Shown: positions 9,446 through 18,816 of the stretch, one piece after another
Position numbering within the stretch: position 1 is the stretch's first letter
Layout: every line of letters begins with the position of its first letter
The notes under the pieces: model-generated
The model's database searches: none
The model's input: only the letters and a program-made list of their open reading frames with translations
Told to the model about the DNA's origin: nothing
Translations under genes and position numbers: made by a program
Source: Candidatus Omnitrophota bacterium
GTDB taxonomy: Bacteria > Omnitrophota > Gorgyraeia > B26-G9
Length of the DNA stretch: 64,000 bases
Assembly: GCA_043805415.1 (NCBI GenBank)
Contig: JAZDHZ010000003.1
Span: 28,366 to 92,365 of the forward strand
Direction of reading: 5' to 3'

Positions 9446-12400
9446 ATGAATAAGTTGTTATTTAAAACAACAATCTTTGTCTTAATTCAATTGCTTGTCC
9501 TTGGCAACATTGTCATAAAAACAGATAGTTTGTGCTTAGCCGCGGATAGGTTTTTCTTGGCAGAAGAACATAATCTATCTCCCCGGATAAATATAGATAA
9601 TGTCATATTAAATAATATGTTTATCAATGGCTTTCCAGTATTAGAGCCAGCTAATTATCAGCAAGATTATATTGCTCAAGATAGTAATTTAATGAATCGA
9701 ATAACCAACTATGCTCTAAGGAAAAAAAAGGAGAATGAAGGTAAGGGGATTTTCCGTCAAAATCCTGTTTATCTTATGCTTAAAAGCAGAATAGATAGAA
9801 TTGAAAAACGCGGCACACCGTATAATGTTAAAGCTAAACAAAGAAAAGAGTTGCTTAAAGATGTTAACAGATTAAAAAAGCTTTTTGGCGAGCGAATAAA
9901 GTGGATTAAACCTGGTTTAGCAAAAGAATATGATACGCAGATTAATGAGCTTGAGCGATTATTAGATGCAGTGCAAACTCAAGGAGATTGGGATGATTTA
10001 GTGGCTTTAGGAATTAAATTAAATAAGGCCTTATTAAAGCATGGACGTTTAGCTAAGGAACTGGCAGTATTTAGCGGGACTAGAAAAAAGAAAAAACTAC
10101 CAAACAGCGTTGAAAAAAAAGAAAAACCTAAAAAGCCGATAACTACCGCGATACAAAACCAGTCTGAACCAGCAAAAGAAATTCAGGAAGAATCATTGCC
10201 TGATCCAGAGCAGCTAAAGGATGAATTAGCCGCAGCTGAGTTAGAGATTCCTGAACCAGATGTTTTGAAAAAATACTTAGAGCTAAATGCCGGGCAATTA
10301 CCAAAATTTATTTTGGCTACTGGTTCACGCCGAAAGCATGTTTTAGAAAAAGCATTTGAAAAATTAAATGAAGTATATAATTTGGCTTATCAAGATTTGC
10401 CTTATGAGATAGCTTTTGCTTTCCAGGAAAAGATTGACCAATTAAAACAGCGAATAGATGCTGTACAAAAAGGAGAGTTCCCGGCGCTTAAACAAGATCT
10501 TAGAGCCTTGGAAACTGACCTTGTCCAGGCGATAGCAGACAATAATCAAGCAAAAGCAGCTGCCGCGTTGCGGCAAATAGAAAATATCGGGATCGCTAAT
10601 CCGCAGAATCAAGATAATCAGACTCCTCACGTTCCAAAGGTAAAAAAACCAACTGAACAGGTAGATTCCTTTGCTCAAGCAGTAACTTTATACGATCCGG
10701 ATAAAGTTAAACTGCGTTCACTTAAGGACGTGATTAATGAGTTGCAGGGGCAAATTAATTTACTTGATCAAATAATCAACGCCGAAATGCTCAACAGTAT
10801 GGAGCTGCCGGTCTATAATGCAAGAAGGGAAGCGGATGGACTGGTTATACAGATAAATTTCTCAGAGGCTTTGGAAAAAATCGAGGTTGGTAGTGACATA
10901 ATAATGGATCTTAGAGGAAAAATCTATTTGTTTAAATGCGATAAGCTGCTTAACTCCGGCGGTAATTTACTTTTAAAACCAGCAAATAAAAAAGGAGTGT
11001 TTCCGGATAATTTTCCTCAGGATATAAGCGGAGGAAAATTTGTTTATATGCCAAGCACTCATTCTGAAGATATGCAGAAAAAAACATTAGAAGCAATTAC
11101 GAATAAAATAGGCGGACAGAATCAAAGCACTGGGATAAAAGTCTTAGATTATTTTCTCAGAATTAAATCCGCGGCAAGGGATATCGAGGAGATCGATGAG
11201 TTAAAAGAAGCGATTGCTTATACCGATGGCTTGGACATGTTTCAAAAAGCAGCGGTAAATATGATTGTAAAAACTAAGTTTGGTTTGATTTTAGGCCCCT
11301 TCGGAACCGGCAAGACAAGTGTCTTACTTGCCGGAGCAAAGAATATTATTTTTAAAAATAAAAAACCGGTTTTCATTATTGCTCCTCAGCATAAGATCGC
11401 GGATGATATTACTTTAAAAGCAGGAGATTGCCAAATCCCGGTGCTGCGTTGCGGTAATAATCTGAGCAAATTTAATCCAGCAGTGCTGAACAAATACAGC
11501 CGTCACTCAGAAACAGGGCAAATAGAGTTTATGCGCAGGTATAAACAGCTAAATACAAGCAACGAAGATAATGGCTGTTTATTTGTGGGAACTGATATGG
11601 GCGCAAGCTTTGACTGGTTGATTAATCAATTGCGCGATCCGGAATCAGCCGCATTTTTAAAAGATGTTACTTTGATTGTTGATGAGGCTGCGCTGATTAA
11701 TTATCCGGAATTAATTACCGCTATTTATATGCTGCGGCCTGATGCTTTGATCTTAGTTGGCGATCATGTCCAGTTTTCGCCTTACAAATTAGCGGCAAGA
11801 TTCTCGAGTCGGATAATGAGTTCATTCCGGAGAAATATTTCGAAAAAAGCTATTTACCGGTATCATATCAGTTCATTTAAAGAACTGATTTCAATGCGGT
11901 TTAATAAAGTAAACCTGTTAATTAATTATCGAAATCCATGGATAAACGTTGATTTGCTTCAGGAATGGTATAAAGGTGTGCTTAATTTGCAGAGTATCAG
12001 CAAACAAAGAGGAGAGCTTATAGAAGAAGATACTTTTGTTATTGAAGATACTTCAACCTGGGAAAAGCAATCATTCGCGGAGAAGTATCATTATGGTAAT
12101 AGTTTTTGTAATAAAACAGAAGCGCTCTGGATTTTAAAAAGAATCAAATATTTTTTAGCTAAAGGCAATATCGCGGATGATATCACAATTATAACTTATT
12201 ATAATGGACAAATCCGGTTAATAAGCGATTTGATTGATGCTGATGGAGATATTTCAAAAGCGGATAGTCTAATATTAAAGCGGAATATTTTTACTCCCAT
12301 AAGTTTTCAGGGAGGAGAAAATAAGATTTTATTAGCTTCGCTGGTTAGAAGTGAAGCTGATACCACTGGTATGGGAGCATCCAGCACTAAAAAATCAAAT

Positions 12401-12670
12401 CCAGTATTTTTATCAGAGCCTGAATTCGCCAAGGCAGAAGCATTATTGGTACTACTAAGCCGGCATAAAGGTAAACTTGGTGTGATCGGAAACAGAGATA
12501 CCTTAGACGCGCTGACTAAACACCGATATCAGCGCATAAACTATTTATATTCATGCTTGTTTAAGCATAAAGATAAGATTAAAGCATGTTTAAATATTCA
12601 GAATATCGAATTAACAAGCAATCGAGCAGCGGATATTAGTCGGCATGATTTTATTCAGTCGGCGATATAA
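9446..12670 (+). CDS. Signal-peptide-bearing large protein with C-terminal Upf1/DNA2-like superfamily 1 helicase domain
   Basis: Basic-hydrophobic N-terminus; GPFGTGKT, LIVDEAA, LVGDHVQ, NYRN, ITYYNGQ, SFQGGE, VLLSRHK. Confidence 0.8.
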   Translation: MNKLLFKTTIFVLIQLLVLGNIVIKTDSLCLAADRFFLAEEHNLSPRINIDNVILNNMFINGFPVLEPANYQQDYIAQDSNLMNRITNYALRKKKENEGKGIFRQNPVYLMLKSRIDRIEKRGTPYNVKAKQRKELLKDVNRLKKLFGERIKWIKPGLAKEYDTQINELERLLDAVQTQGDWDDLVALGIKLNKALLKHGRLAKELAVFSGTRKKKKLPNSVEKKEKPKKPITTAIQNQSEPAKEIQEESLPDPEQLKDELAAAELEIPEPDVLKKYLELNAGQLPKFILATGSRRKHVLEKAFEKLNEVYNLAYQDLPYEIAFAFQEKIDQLKQRIDAVQKGEFPALKQDLRALETDLVQAIADNNQAKAAAALRQIENIGIANPQNQDNQTPHVPKVKKPTEQVDSFAQAVTLYDPDKVKLRSLKDVINELQGQINLLDQIINAEMLNSMELPVYNARREADGLVIQINFSEALEKIEVGSDIIMDLRGKIYLFKCDKLLNSGGNLLLKPANKKGVFPDNFPQDISGGKFVYMPSTHSEDMQKKTLEAITNKIGGQNQSTGIKVLDYFLRIKSAARDIEEIDELKEAIAYTDGLDMFQKAAVNMIVKTKFGLILGPFGTGKTSVLLAGAKNIIFKNKKPVFIIAPQHKIADDITLKAGDCQIPVLRCGNNLSKFNPAVLNKYSRHSETGQIEFMRRYKQLNTSNEDNGCLFVGTDMGASFDWLINQLRDPESAAFLKDVTLIVDEAALINYPELITAIYMLRPDALILVGDHVQFSPYKLAARFSSRIMSSFRRNISKKAIYRYHISSFKELISMRFNKVNLLINYRNPWINVDLLQEWYKGVLNLQSISKQRGELIEEDTFVIEDTSTWEKQSFAEKYHYGNSFCNKTEALWILKRIKYFLAKGNIADDITIITYYNGQIRLISDLIDADGDISKADSLILKRNIFTPISFQGGENKILLASLVRSEADTTGMGASSTKKSNPVFLSEPEFAKAEALLVLLSRHKGKLGVIGNRDTLDALTKHRYQRINYLYSCLFKHKDKIKACLNIQNIELTSNRAADISRHDFIQSAI

Positions 12671-12804
12671 TAATATTTAAAATGGAAAACTTATAATTGA
12701 ACGCGCTTAAAAAAATATTAAGTAAAGAAAATAAAGCAATCAGGTTTTTAGCTAATGGGAAACCATCGGAAATATAAAGACATTAGTAGCTAGAGCAGAG
12801 GAAT

Positions 12805-13644
12805 CTATTCAGATAGATGCTTGTGTAATTCATCGGCAAGAATGCCTATCCGCGCAAGAGACAAGTTTTCGCCGCGAATTGTAGGGCTGATATTAAGTTT
12901 TTCAAGAATTTCCAGGAGAATATCCTTTTTTAATTTCCAGCCAGCATTGGATAATCCATTGAGCAGAGTTTTTCTTCTTTGGGCAAATATCGCTCTGACC
13001 ACACTAAAAAATATTTTATCGGATTTAACGCTAATGCTTGGTTTATCTAAGATGGATAATTTAACCAAAGCTGAATCAACTTCAGGCTGAGGAAAGAACA
13101 TTGTCTTGGGGAATACTTCAAGAATCTCGGCTTTAGCGTAAAATTGTAATAAACAAGATAATCTGCCAAAATCTTTTTTCCCAGGGCCGGCAACAATCCG
13201 CTGGGCAACTTCTTTTTGCACAGTAATAAAGATACTGTCGATATATTCTTTTTGTTCTAATAAGTAATTGATTATCGGAGTTGTAATATAATAGGGCAGA
13301 TTGCCGATTACTTTGATCTTTTTACCTTGAAATATTTTTGTTAGATCAATTTTTAAAATATCACCGAGAATTATTTCAGCATTGGGATATGGTTTTAGCG
13401 CTTTTTTAAGAATCGGCTCAACTCTTCGATCTTTTTCAACAGCATAGAATTTGCCGGATTGCGCGGCAATCAGAACGCTCAAGTTCCCGATACCAGCACC
13501 GATTTCAAGCACTAGATCATCGGGGCAAAGGTGCGCGGATTTAACTATGGCATCAAGGGCAGCTTGGTCTGTAAGAAAATTCTGTCCCAGCCGCTTTTTA
13601 GCATGAATTTTATGCTTATCCAGAATGCTCTTGATGTGGGACAT
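12805..13644 (-). CDS. rsmA: 16S rRNA dimethyladenosine transferase
   Basis: KKRLGQNFL, LEIGAGIG, GNLPYYIT, QRRKTL; start taken at MSHIK. Confidence 0.95.
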   Translation of the reverse strand: MSHIKSILDKHKIHAKKRLGQNFLTDQAALDAIVKSAHLCPDDLVLEIGAGIGNLSVLIAAQSGKFYAVEKDRRVEPILKKALKPYPNAEIILGDILKIDLTKIFQGKKIKVIGNLPYYITTPIINYLLEQKEYIDSIFITVQKEVAQRIVAGPGKKDFGRLSCLLQFYAKAEILEVFPKTMFFPQPEVDSALVKLSILDKPSISVKSDKIFFSVVRAIFAQRRKTLLNGLSNAGWKLKKDILLEILEKLNISPTIRGENLSLARIGILADELHKHLSE

Positions 13645-14674
13645 AAACTTTTGTTTTCTTTCTTGTTCGAGGCATATTATTTGCCATCTCAACCGCGAGT
13701 TTGATTGCTTCAATCATCGCGCTAGGATCAGCCTGATTCATTCCGGCAATATCAAAAGCCGTGCCATGATCAGGAGAGGTGCGGATAAACGGCAATCCCA
13801 GAGTTGTGTTTACGCCTTTATCAAAATATAAAGTCTTAAAAGGAATGCAAGCTTGATCATGATACATAGCGATTACAATATCAAATTCACCTTCTTTTGC
13901 TTTCCAGAACAAAGTGTCCGCGGGAAAAGGGCCTTCAACTTTTATTTTTTGAGCGCGGGCTTTTTTAATCGCCGGGATAATATGTTCTTTTTCTTCTGTT
14001 CCGAATAATCCGTCTTCACCGGCATGCGGATTTAAACCGCAAACCGCGATTCTGGGTTTTTTTATGCCAAAATGTGTGATCATTGTTCTATGCGCGGCAA
14101 AAATAGTATCCTGGATTTCTTTACGGGTGATTAAAGGCGCGACATTTTTAAGCGGAATATGGATAGTGACAAGCATGACTTTTAACTTACCACCCACAAA
14201 CATCATTCTCGCGTAACGGGCTTTAAACCTCTGCGCAAGAATCTGAGTATGCCCTTGAAAATGATGCCCCGCTAAATTCAAAGACTCTTTATTAATCGGA
14301 GCAGTTACCAGCCCGTCCAAATTCTTGCTTGAGCGGAGTAAAAGGCAGGCCATATTAATATACTCATATGCTGATTTTCCGCAGCGAGCGTCGATTTTAC
14401 CATAAGGAATTTTATAGGTCACATTTCCCAGGTTAATGAAGTTTATCATTTCTTCACTTAAGTTCAGCTTTCCAATATCAGAGAGGATGTGGAAATTAAA
14501 GGGTTTCATATTAAGCTGTCTTTGAATATGAGTAGTTACGCCATAATCACCAATTAAAAGAAAACTGGCAGATTCACGCAGCTTTTTATCGCTCAATGCT
14601 TTTAAAGTTATTTCTGCCCCAATTCCCGCTGGGTCGCCTAAGGTTATTCCAATTCTAACTTTTTTCTTTTTCAT
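13616..14674 (-). CDS. pdxA: 4-hydroxythreonine-4-phosphate dehydrogenase
   Basis: GDPAGIG, TAPINK, GLNPHAGE, MYHDQ, RTSPDHGTAFDIAG. Confidence 0.95.
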   Translation of the reverse strand: MKKKKVRIGITLGDPAGIGAEITLKALSDKKLRESASFLLIGDYGVTTHIQRQLNMKPFNFHILSDIGKLNLSEEMINFINLGNVTYKIPYGKIDARCGKSAYEYINMACLLLRSSKNLDGLVTAPINKESLNLAGHHFQGHTQILAQRFKARYARMMFVGGKLKVMLVTIHIPLKNVAPLITRKEIQDTIFAAHRTMITHFGIKKPRIAVCGLNPHAGEDGLFGTEEKEHIIPAIKKARAQKIKVEGPFPADTLFWKAKEGEFDIVIAMYHDQACIPFKTLYFDKGVNTTLGLPFIRTSPDHGTAFDIAGMNQADPSAMIEAIKLAVEMANNMPRTRKKTKVYVPHQEHSG

Positions 14675-15635
14675 TTATTTTTACCTCAATTAGTGCTGAT
14701 TTTTTTAGTTTATTAATCCATTCATCCAGTTTTTTTTCAACTTTAGTTCCATAGAGCTTATTGCGGATTTGATCTTGCACGCTTTCAAGCGTAGCGACAC
14801 TGGCTGGTTTTTTATCTTCAATTCTAAAGATATAAAACCCAGAAGATGTTTTTATCGGTTTTGTGATCTTGCCGATTTCAAGCTTAAAGGCAAGGTCTTC
14901 AATCTCTTCGCGCAAAGAGCCGCGTTTCATAAAACCCATATCCCCAGCGTCAATAACATTCGGCGCTTCGGAATATTTTTCTACCATTTCAACAAACTCA
15001 ACCCCTTTTTGCAGTTGTTCGTATATTTCATTTGCTTTTTTTTCAACTTCTTCTTTGGGCGCTTGCTCAAAACTTAAGAATAAGCTTCTTAAACGTACTT
15101 GTTCGGGAATCGCGAACTTATCTTTATTCGCTTCATAGTATTCTAAGATTTCAGTGGGAGGAATGGATATTTTACTTAAGATTTCTTTGGAAACGGTTTT
15201 TTTAATCAGCAGTTGATCTTTGTATCTTTTTCTTAAATCAAGCAGGGTTACTTTTTGATTTTTCAGGATCTGATCAAACTCTTCAATAGTTTTAAAATTA
15301 GATTTTAATTCATCAACTAAGGCGTCGACTTCTTTTTCATTAACAGTAATTGTCTCATCTTTTTGCGCTTGCTGTAAAATAAGCTTGTCTTCAATTAGTT
15401 GATTTAAAACATCGTCTCTCGCGATTTTAACTTTTTCGGCAAGTTCGCTTCCTGCGTAAGTGCTTTTATATTGGATATAAATCGGAGCAAGAATTTCATC
15501 AACATCAGTTTGGGTTATAGCTTCACTGTTTACAACGGCAAGTATTTTTTGGGTGAATTCTGTTTGGGCAAAAACTGGCAATACAAGAAACAAGCAAAGT
15601 ATAATAATTATTGGGAAAGTAAATCCTCGGGTCAT
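14655..15635 (-). CDS. surA: SurA-family periplasmic chaperone/parvulin PPIase
   Basis: Signal peptide, ILAVVNSEAIT, rotamase (KYSE..GDMGF..PIKTSSGFYIF); surA-pdxA-rsmA synteny. Confidence 0.85.
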   Translation of the reverse strand: MTRGFTFPIIIILCLFLVLPVFAQTEFTQKILAVVNSEAITQTDVDEILAPIYIQYKSTYAGSELAEKVKIARDDVLNQLIEDKLILQQAQKDETITVNEKEVDALVDELKSNFKTIEEFDQILKNQKVTLLDLRKRYKDQLLIKKTVSKEILSKISIPPTEILEYYEANKDKFAIPEQVRLRSLFLSFEQAPKEEVEKKANEIYEQLQKGVEFVEMVEKYSEAPNVIDAGDMGFMKRGSLREEIEDLAFKLEIGKITKPIKTSSGFYIFRIEDKKPASVATLESVQDQIRNKLYGTKVEKKLDEWINKLKKSALIEVKINEKEKS

Positions 15636-15739
15636 TCTTTTAATCCTTTAAAAAATCAGGTTTATTTAGATTTATAGTATAACATAAAATTATTGGAATA
15701 ACAAGTTTTGCGAAAAGCAGGCTGTTAAATTAGCGCAAG

Positions 15740-17611
15740 CTAATCAGAGGGGAGAGCTTTTTTGATTTGTTCGATGGCAGTGTTTAAAAGCTGGCAATAC
15801 AGGTCAAAACCCACAGCAAGGATAAACCCATGCTGCTGTTCTCCCAAGAGATTGCCAGCGCCGCGGATTTCAAGATCTTCCATGGCAATCTTAAATCCAG
15901 AGCCAAGAGCAGTGAATTTTTGAATAGATTTGAGTCTTTTTTTGGCTTGGGGGTTAAAAGTAGCGTGTTTTGGGGTTAAAAAGAAGGAATAAGCTTTTTT
16001 ATCCAGTCGGCCGACTCTGCCTCTTAACTGGTATAAATCAGCTAAGCCGAAGTTTTGGGCATTATTAACAATTAAAGTATTGGCATTAGGGATGTCCAGT
16101 CCTGATTCCACAATGGTAGTGGCAAGCAAGACATCAATTTTATGCTCAATAAAATCAATCATAACTTTTTCCAGTTCTTTTTCATGCATTTGTCCATGGC
16201 CAATGGCAATTCTGGCATCAGGCACAAGGGCTTGTAAATGTTCATGCATTTGGGCAATATCTTTAACCCGGTTATGAATAAAATAAACTTGGCCGTTTCG
16301 CTCAAGTTCATTAGTAATCGCGTTTTTAACCAGTTCATCATCAAACAAGCAGACGAAAGTCTCAATCGGCATTCTTTGCTCCGGCGGAGTATTAATCGTG
16401 GACATATCTTTAACTCCGAGCAAGGACATGTAAAGCGTCCGGGGAATAGGCGTGGCAGTTAAGGTTAATACATCGACAAGTTCCCGGATATGTTTAAGTT
16501 TTTCTTTGGCTTTTACCCCAAACCGCTGCTCTTCATCAATAATAATAATTCCTAATTCTTTAAACTGAATATCGTCAGATAAAAGGCGGTGCGTGCCAAT
16601 AACAATATCCACGCTTCCTTTGGCTAAATCCTCAATTATTTTAGCCTGTTCTCCCGCTGTCTTGAATCGGCTGAGCATCTGAACATTAACCGGAAAATCT
16701 TTTACCCGGGCGGTTAGATTATGGTAATGCTGTTCGGCTAGGATGGTGGTGGGCACAAGCATGGCAACCTGCTTATTATTCATTACTGCTTTAAAGGCGG
16801 CCCGAAAAGCAATTTCGGTTTTTCCATACCCCACATCACCGCAAAGTAATCTATCCATCGGCCGGGGCATTTCCATGTCTTTTTTTGTTTCCAGCCAGCT
16901 TTTTTTCTGATCAGGAGTTTCAGTGTAGGGAAAGCTTTTTTCAAATTCTTTTTGCCAGGGAGTCTTTGAGGAAAATGCTAAGCCGGATAAAGAATTTCTT
17001 TTTGCCTGAAGTTTTAGCAGCTCAAGCGCATAACTGGTAATTCCTTGTTTGGTTTTGTTTTTTGTGCTTTGCCAGAGTTTGCCCCCAAGTTTGTGCAAAC
17101 GCGGGGCATGGCCGGCAAAGCCGATATATTTTTGTAAAAGATGTTTTTCCGCTAGGGGAATATACAATTTATCATTATCAGCATATTCAATCTTTATGTG
17201 TTTTCCATTCTTAAGCATCACAATGCCCAGGTATTTGCCAATGCCATGGTCAAGGTGCACAACATAATCATTTTTTTCCAGTTCTTCAAACTTATTGATT
17301 GATACACGCTCGATCTCAATAGTATGCATTGCCGAGCGCTTAGGCAAGATAATCAGAGGGCTTTGATCATTTATTTTTTGGCCGGTGGTTCTAGAAAAAG
17401 TAAATATTTTCTCAATTTCATTAAACGCCAGCTCAATCCTTACCGGGCTCTCATAATTGATCGGATATATATCAATTATCGAACCGCGATGGGCAAAATC
17501 ACCTTTTTGGGCAATCGCATCTACTTGTTCATAGCCGAAATTAATAAATTGCTCAAATGTCTTGTGCGTGTTAATAGTTTGCTTGAGATAAAATTTTAAA
17601 GTTCTAAACAT
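15740..17611 (-). CDS. mfd: Shortened transcription-repair coupling factor (Mfd-like)
   Basis: GDFAHRGSIIDIYP, VVHLDHGIG (RID), DRLLCGDVGYGKT, DEEQRFG, QLRGRVGR, DLEIRGAGNLLG. Confidence 0.88.
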   Translation of the reverse strand: MFRTLKFYLKQTINTHKTFEQFINFGYEQVDAIAQKGDFAHRGSIIDIYPINYESPVRIELAFNEIEKIFTFSRTTGQKINDQSPLIILPKRSAMHTIEIERVSINKFEELEKNDYVVHLDHGIGKYLGIVMLKNGKHIKIEYADNDKLYIPLAEKHLLQKYIGFAGHAPRLHKLGGKLWQSTKNKTKQGITSYALELLKLQAKRNSLSGLAFSSKTPWQKEFEKSFPYTETPDQKKSWLETKKDMEMPRPMDRLLCGDVGYGKTEIAFRAAFKAVMNNKQVAMLVPTTILAEQHYHNLTARVKDFPVNVQMLSRFKTAGEQAKIIEDLAKGSVDIVIGTHRLLSDDIQFKELGIIIIDEEQRFGVKAKEKLKHIRELVDVLTLTATPIPRTLYMSLLGVKDMSTINTPPEQRMPIETFVCLFDDELVKNAITNELERNGQVYFIHNRVKDIAQMHEHLQALVPDARIAIGHGQMHEKELEKVMIDFIEHKIDVLLATTIVESGLDIPNANTLIVNNAQNFGLADLYQLRGRVGRLDKKAYSFFLTPKHATFNPQAKKRLKSIQKFTALGSGFKIAMEDLEIRGAGNLLGEQQHGFILAVGFDLYCQLLNTAIEQIKKALPSD

Positions 17612-17619
17612 GATATAAT

Positions 17620-17648
17620 ATTTTATAACTAATGCGCCTAATACTCAA
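17620..17648 (-). promoter_or_regulatory. Promoter immediately upstream of mfd (near-leaderless)
   Basis: Minus strand TTGAGT-17-TAAAAT, 8 nt before ATG. Confidence 0.5.
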
Positions 17649-17701
17649 TAGCTTGGTTAATAATCTTCTGCTTGCGATGAAGTTTCCTCCATCCTTCATG
17701 C

Positions 17702-17909
17702 AAAAGATGATAGATAAATTTTACGCACAGTATAAATTTTCTTGCTCAAAAACAGCAAGACCGGCTAAATATAAACTGTGTTTTTGGCGCTGCGGAACTC
17801 ACCCCGCCCTGGCGGGGTTCAGACAGTCCTCGCTTATAAGGTGGTGCCCAAAAACCCAATTTATATTTGCCTAAATTTATAAATGCTTAAAAATTTACCC
17901 ATCATCTTT
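17702..17909. mobile_element. ~210 bp long imperfect palindrome, MITE/REPIN-like
   Basis: Arms AAAGATGATAGATAAATTTT / AAAATTTACCCATCATCTTT and AAATATAAACTGTGTTTTTGG / CCAAAAACCCAATTTATATTT around a GC hairpin ACCCCGCC-ct-GGCGGGGT. Confidence 0.6.
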
Positions 17910-18062
17910 AGAAAAAGTCAACTTGGGGGGGATAAGATACTTTGCCGAGTAATAAATCTGGACTGACTTATACTGATATAGTAGTATAATTCTATAATAT
18001 TTTCTCGATATTCACGAGGAGTAGAGCAGATGAGGAATATAATCACTGACAAATCTTAAATC

Positions 18063-18099
18063 AAGCAACTTTTTTTTATAAAAGGGAAGTTGCTTTTTT
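18063..18099 (+). terminator. Intrinsic terminator
   Basis: AAGCAACTT...AAGTTGCTT followed by a T run. Confidence 0.7.
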
Positions 18100-18231
18100 G
18101 TTGGTGAGGAAATAAGAGGCTTAGGGAATTAGTGATAATAATAACAACTTCTAAATGGAGGTCTGACCCTGTGGTCTCCCAATAATTAATTCAGGGACTT
18201 TGGCTAATTTAGAATTAAAGAGGACTTTTGC

Positions 18232-18717
18232 GTGAGCAAAGATATGTTAAAAAAAACAACCATACATTTTCTTTTTGTCGGTATTCTATTCTCATTTGGA
18301 TTAGGGTGGATGCTAACTGCTATAGTCGGTATTTTGGCTGGCAATATATTCGAGATGCTGTTCAAAGGAGATCATTATTATTCTGCGAGTTTGCTTCTTA
18401 CTTTAATATCAATAGTTTTAATCGCTTTTTCGACTTATGTAGGCAATATGCTTTATTGCCGTGTGATATCTACACTTCAGCACAAAAAAGTTTTGCTTAT
18501 GTCTTCAGTTTTTTTCTGTATTCTTACTATTTTGATTTTAGGTGGACAACTGTTTTCTTCATATGATTTCGTGATGAATAATCTATCATTTTCCTATAGA
18601 AATCCAGGGAGGATATTTTTAATGTTTTCTCTTCCATTGATTAGAATAATTTTAATTCCTTTACAATATTTAATAATAAGCATTAGGTTTGAAAAGATAG
18701 AGGATAAATCCATTTAA
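18232..18717 (+). CDS. Hypothetical 4-TM membrane protein
   Basis: Four hydrophobic segments; AGAGGA SD before GTG. Confidence 0.6.
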   Translation: MSKDMLKKTTIHFLFVGILFSFGLGWMLTAIVGILAGNIFEMLFKGDHYYSASLLLTLISIVLIAFSTYVGNMLYCRVISTLQHKKVLLMSSVFFCILTILILGGQLFSSYDFVMNNLSFSYRNPGRIFLMFSLPLIRIILIPLQYLIISIRFEKIEDKSI

Positions 18718-18749
18718 TTTTCTTTAAACCAGGGTGGACGCAAAAAAAC

Positions 18750-18773
18750 GGGCGGCTATCCAGCCGTCCCTAC
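18750..18773 (-). repeat. GTAG-type REP sequence
   Basis: Minus strand GTAGGGACGGCTGGATAGCCGCCC: GTAG tetranucleotide plus GC hairpin. Confidence 0.7.
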
Positions 18774-18816
18774 ATGTGACTTTGCAACTTGTGTCTTGTG
18801 TCTAAATACAATTTGA

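Noticed and set aside
9446-12670. Anti-phage defence helicase
   Set aside because: No partner nuclease or defence neighbours, and the signal-like N-terminus argues against it; not fully excluded
17632-17874. 80-aa ORF in the ORF track
   Set aside because: Lies on the long palindrome and the mfd promoter; no SD and no recognisable protein features
18232-18717. Third member of the LSP/xxAI-tagged family (ends ..EDKSI)
   Set aside because: Polytopic membrane protein with no LSP motif and no hydrophobic residue at -5
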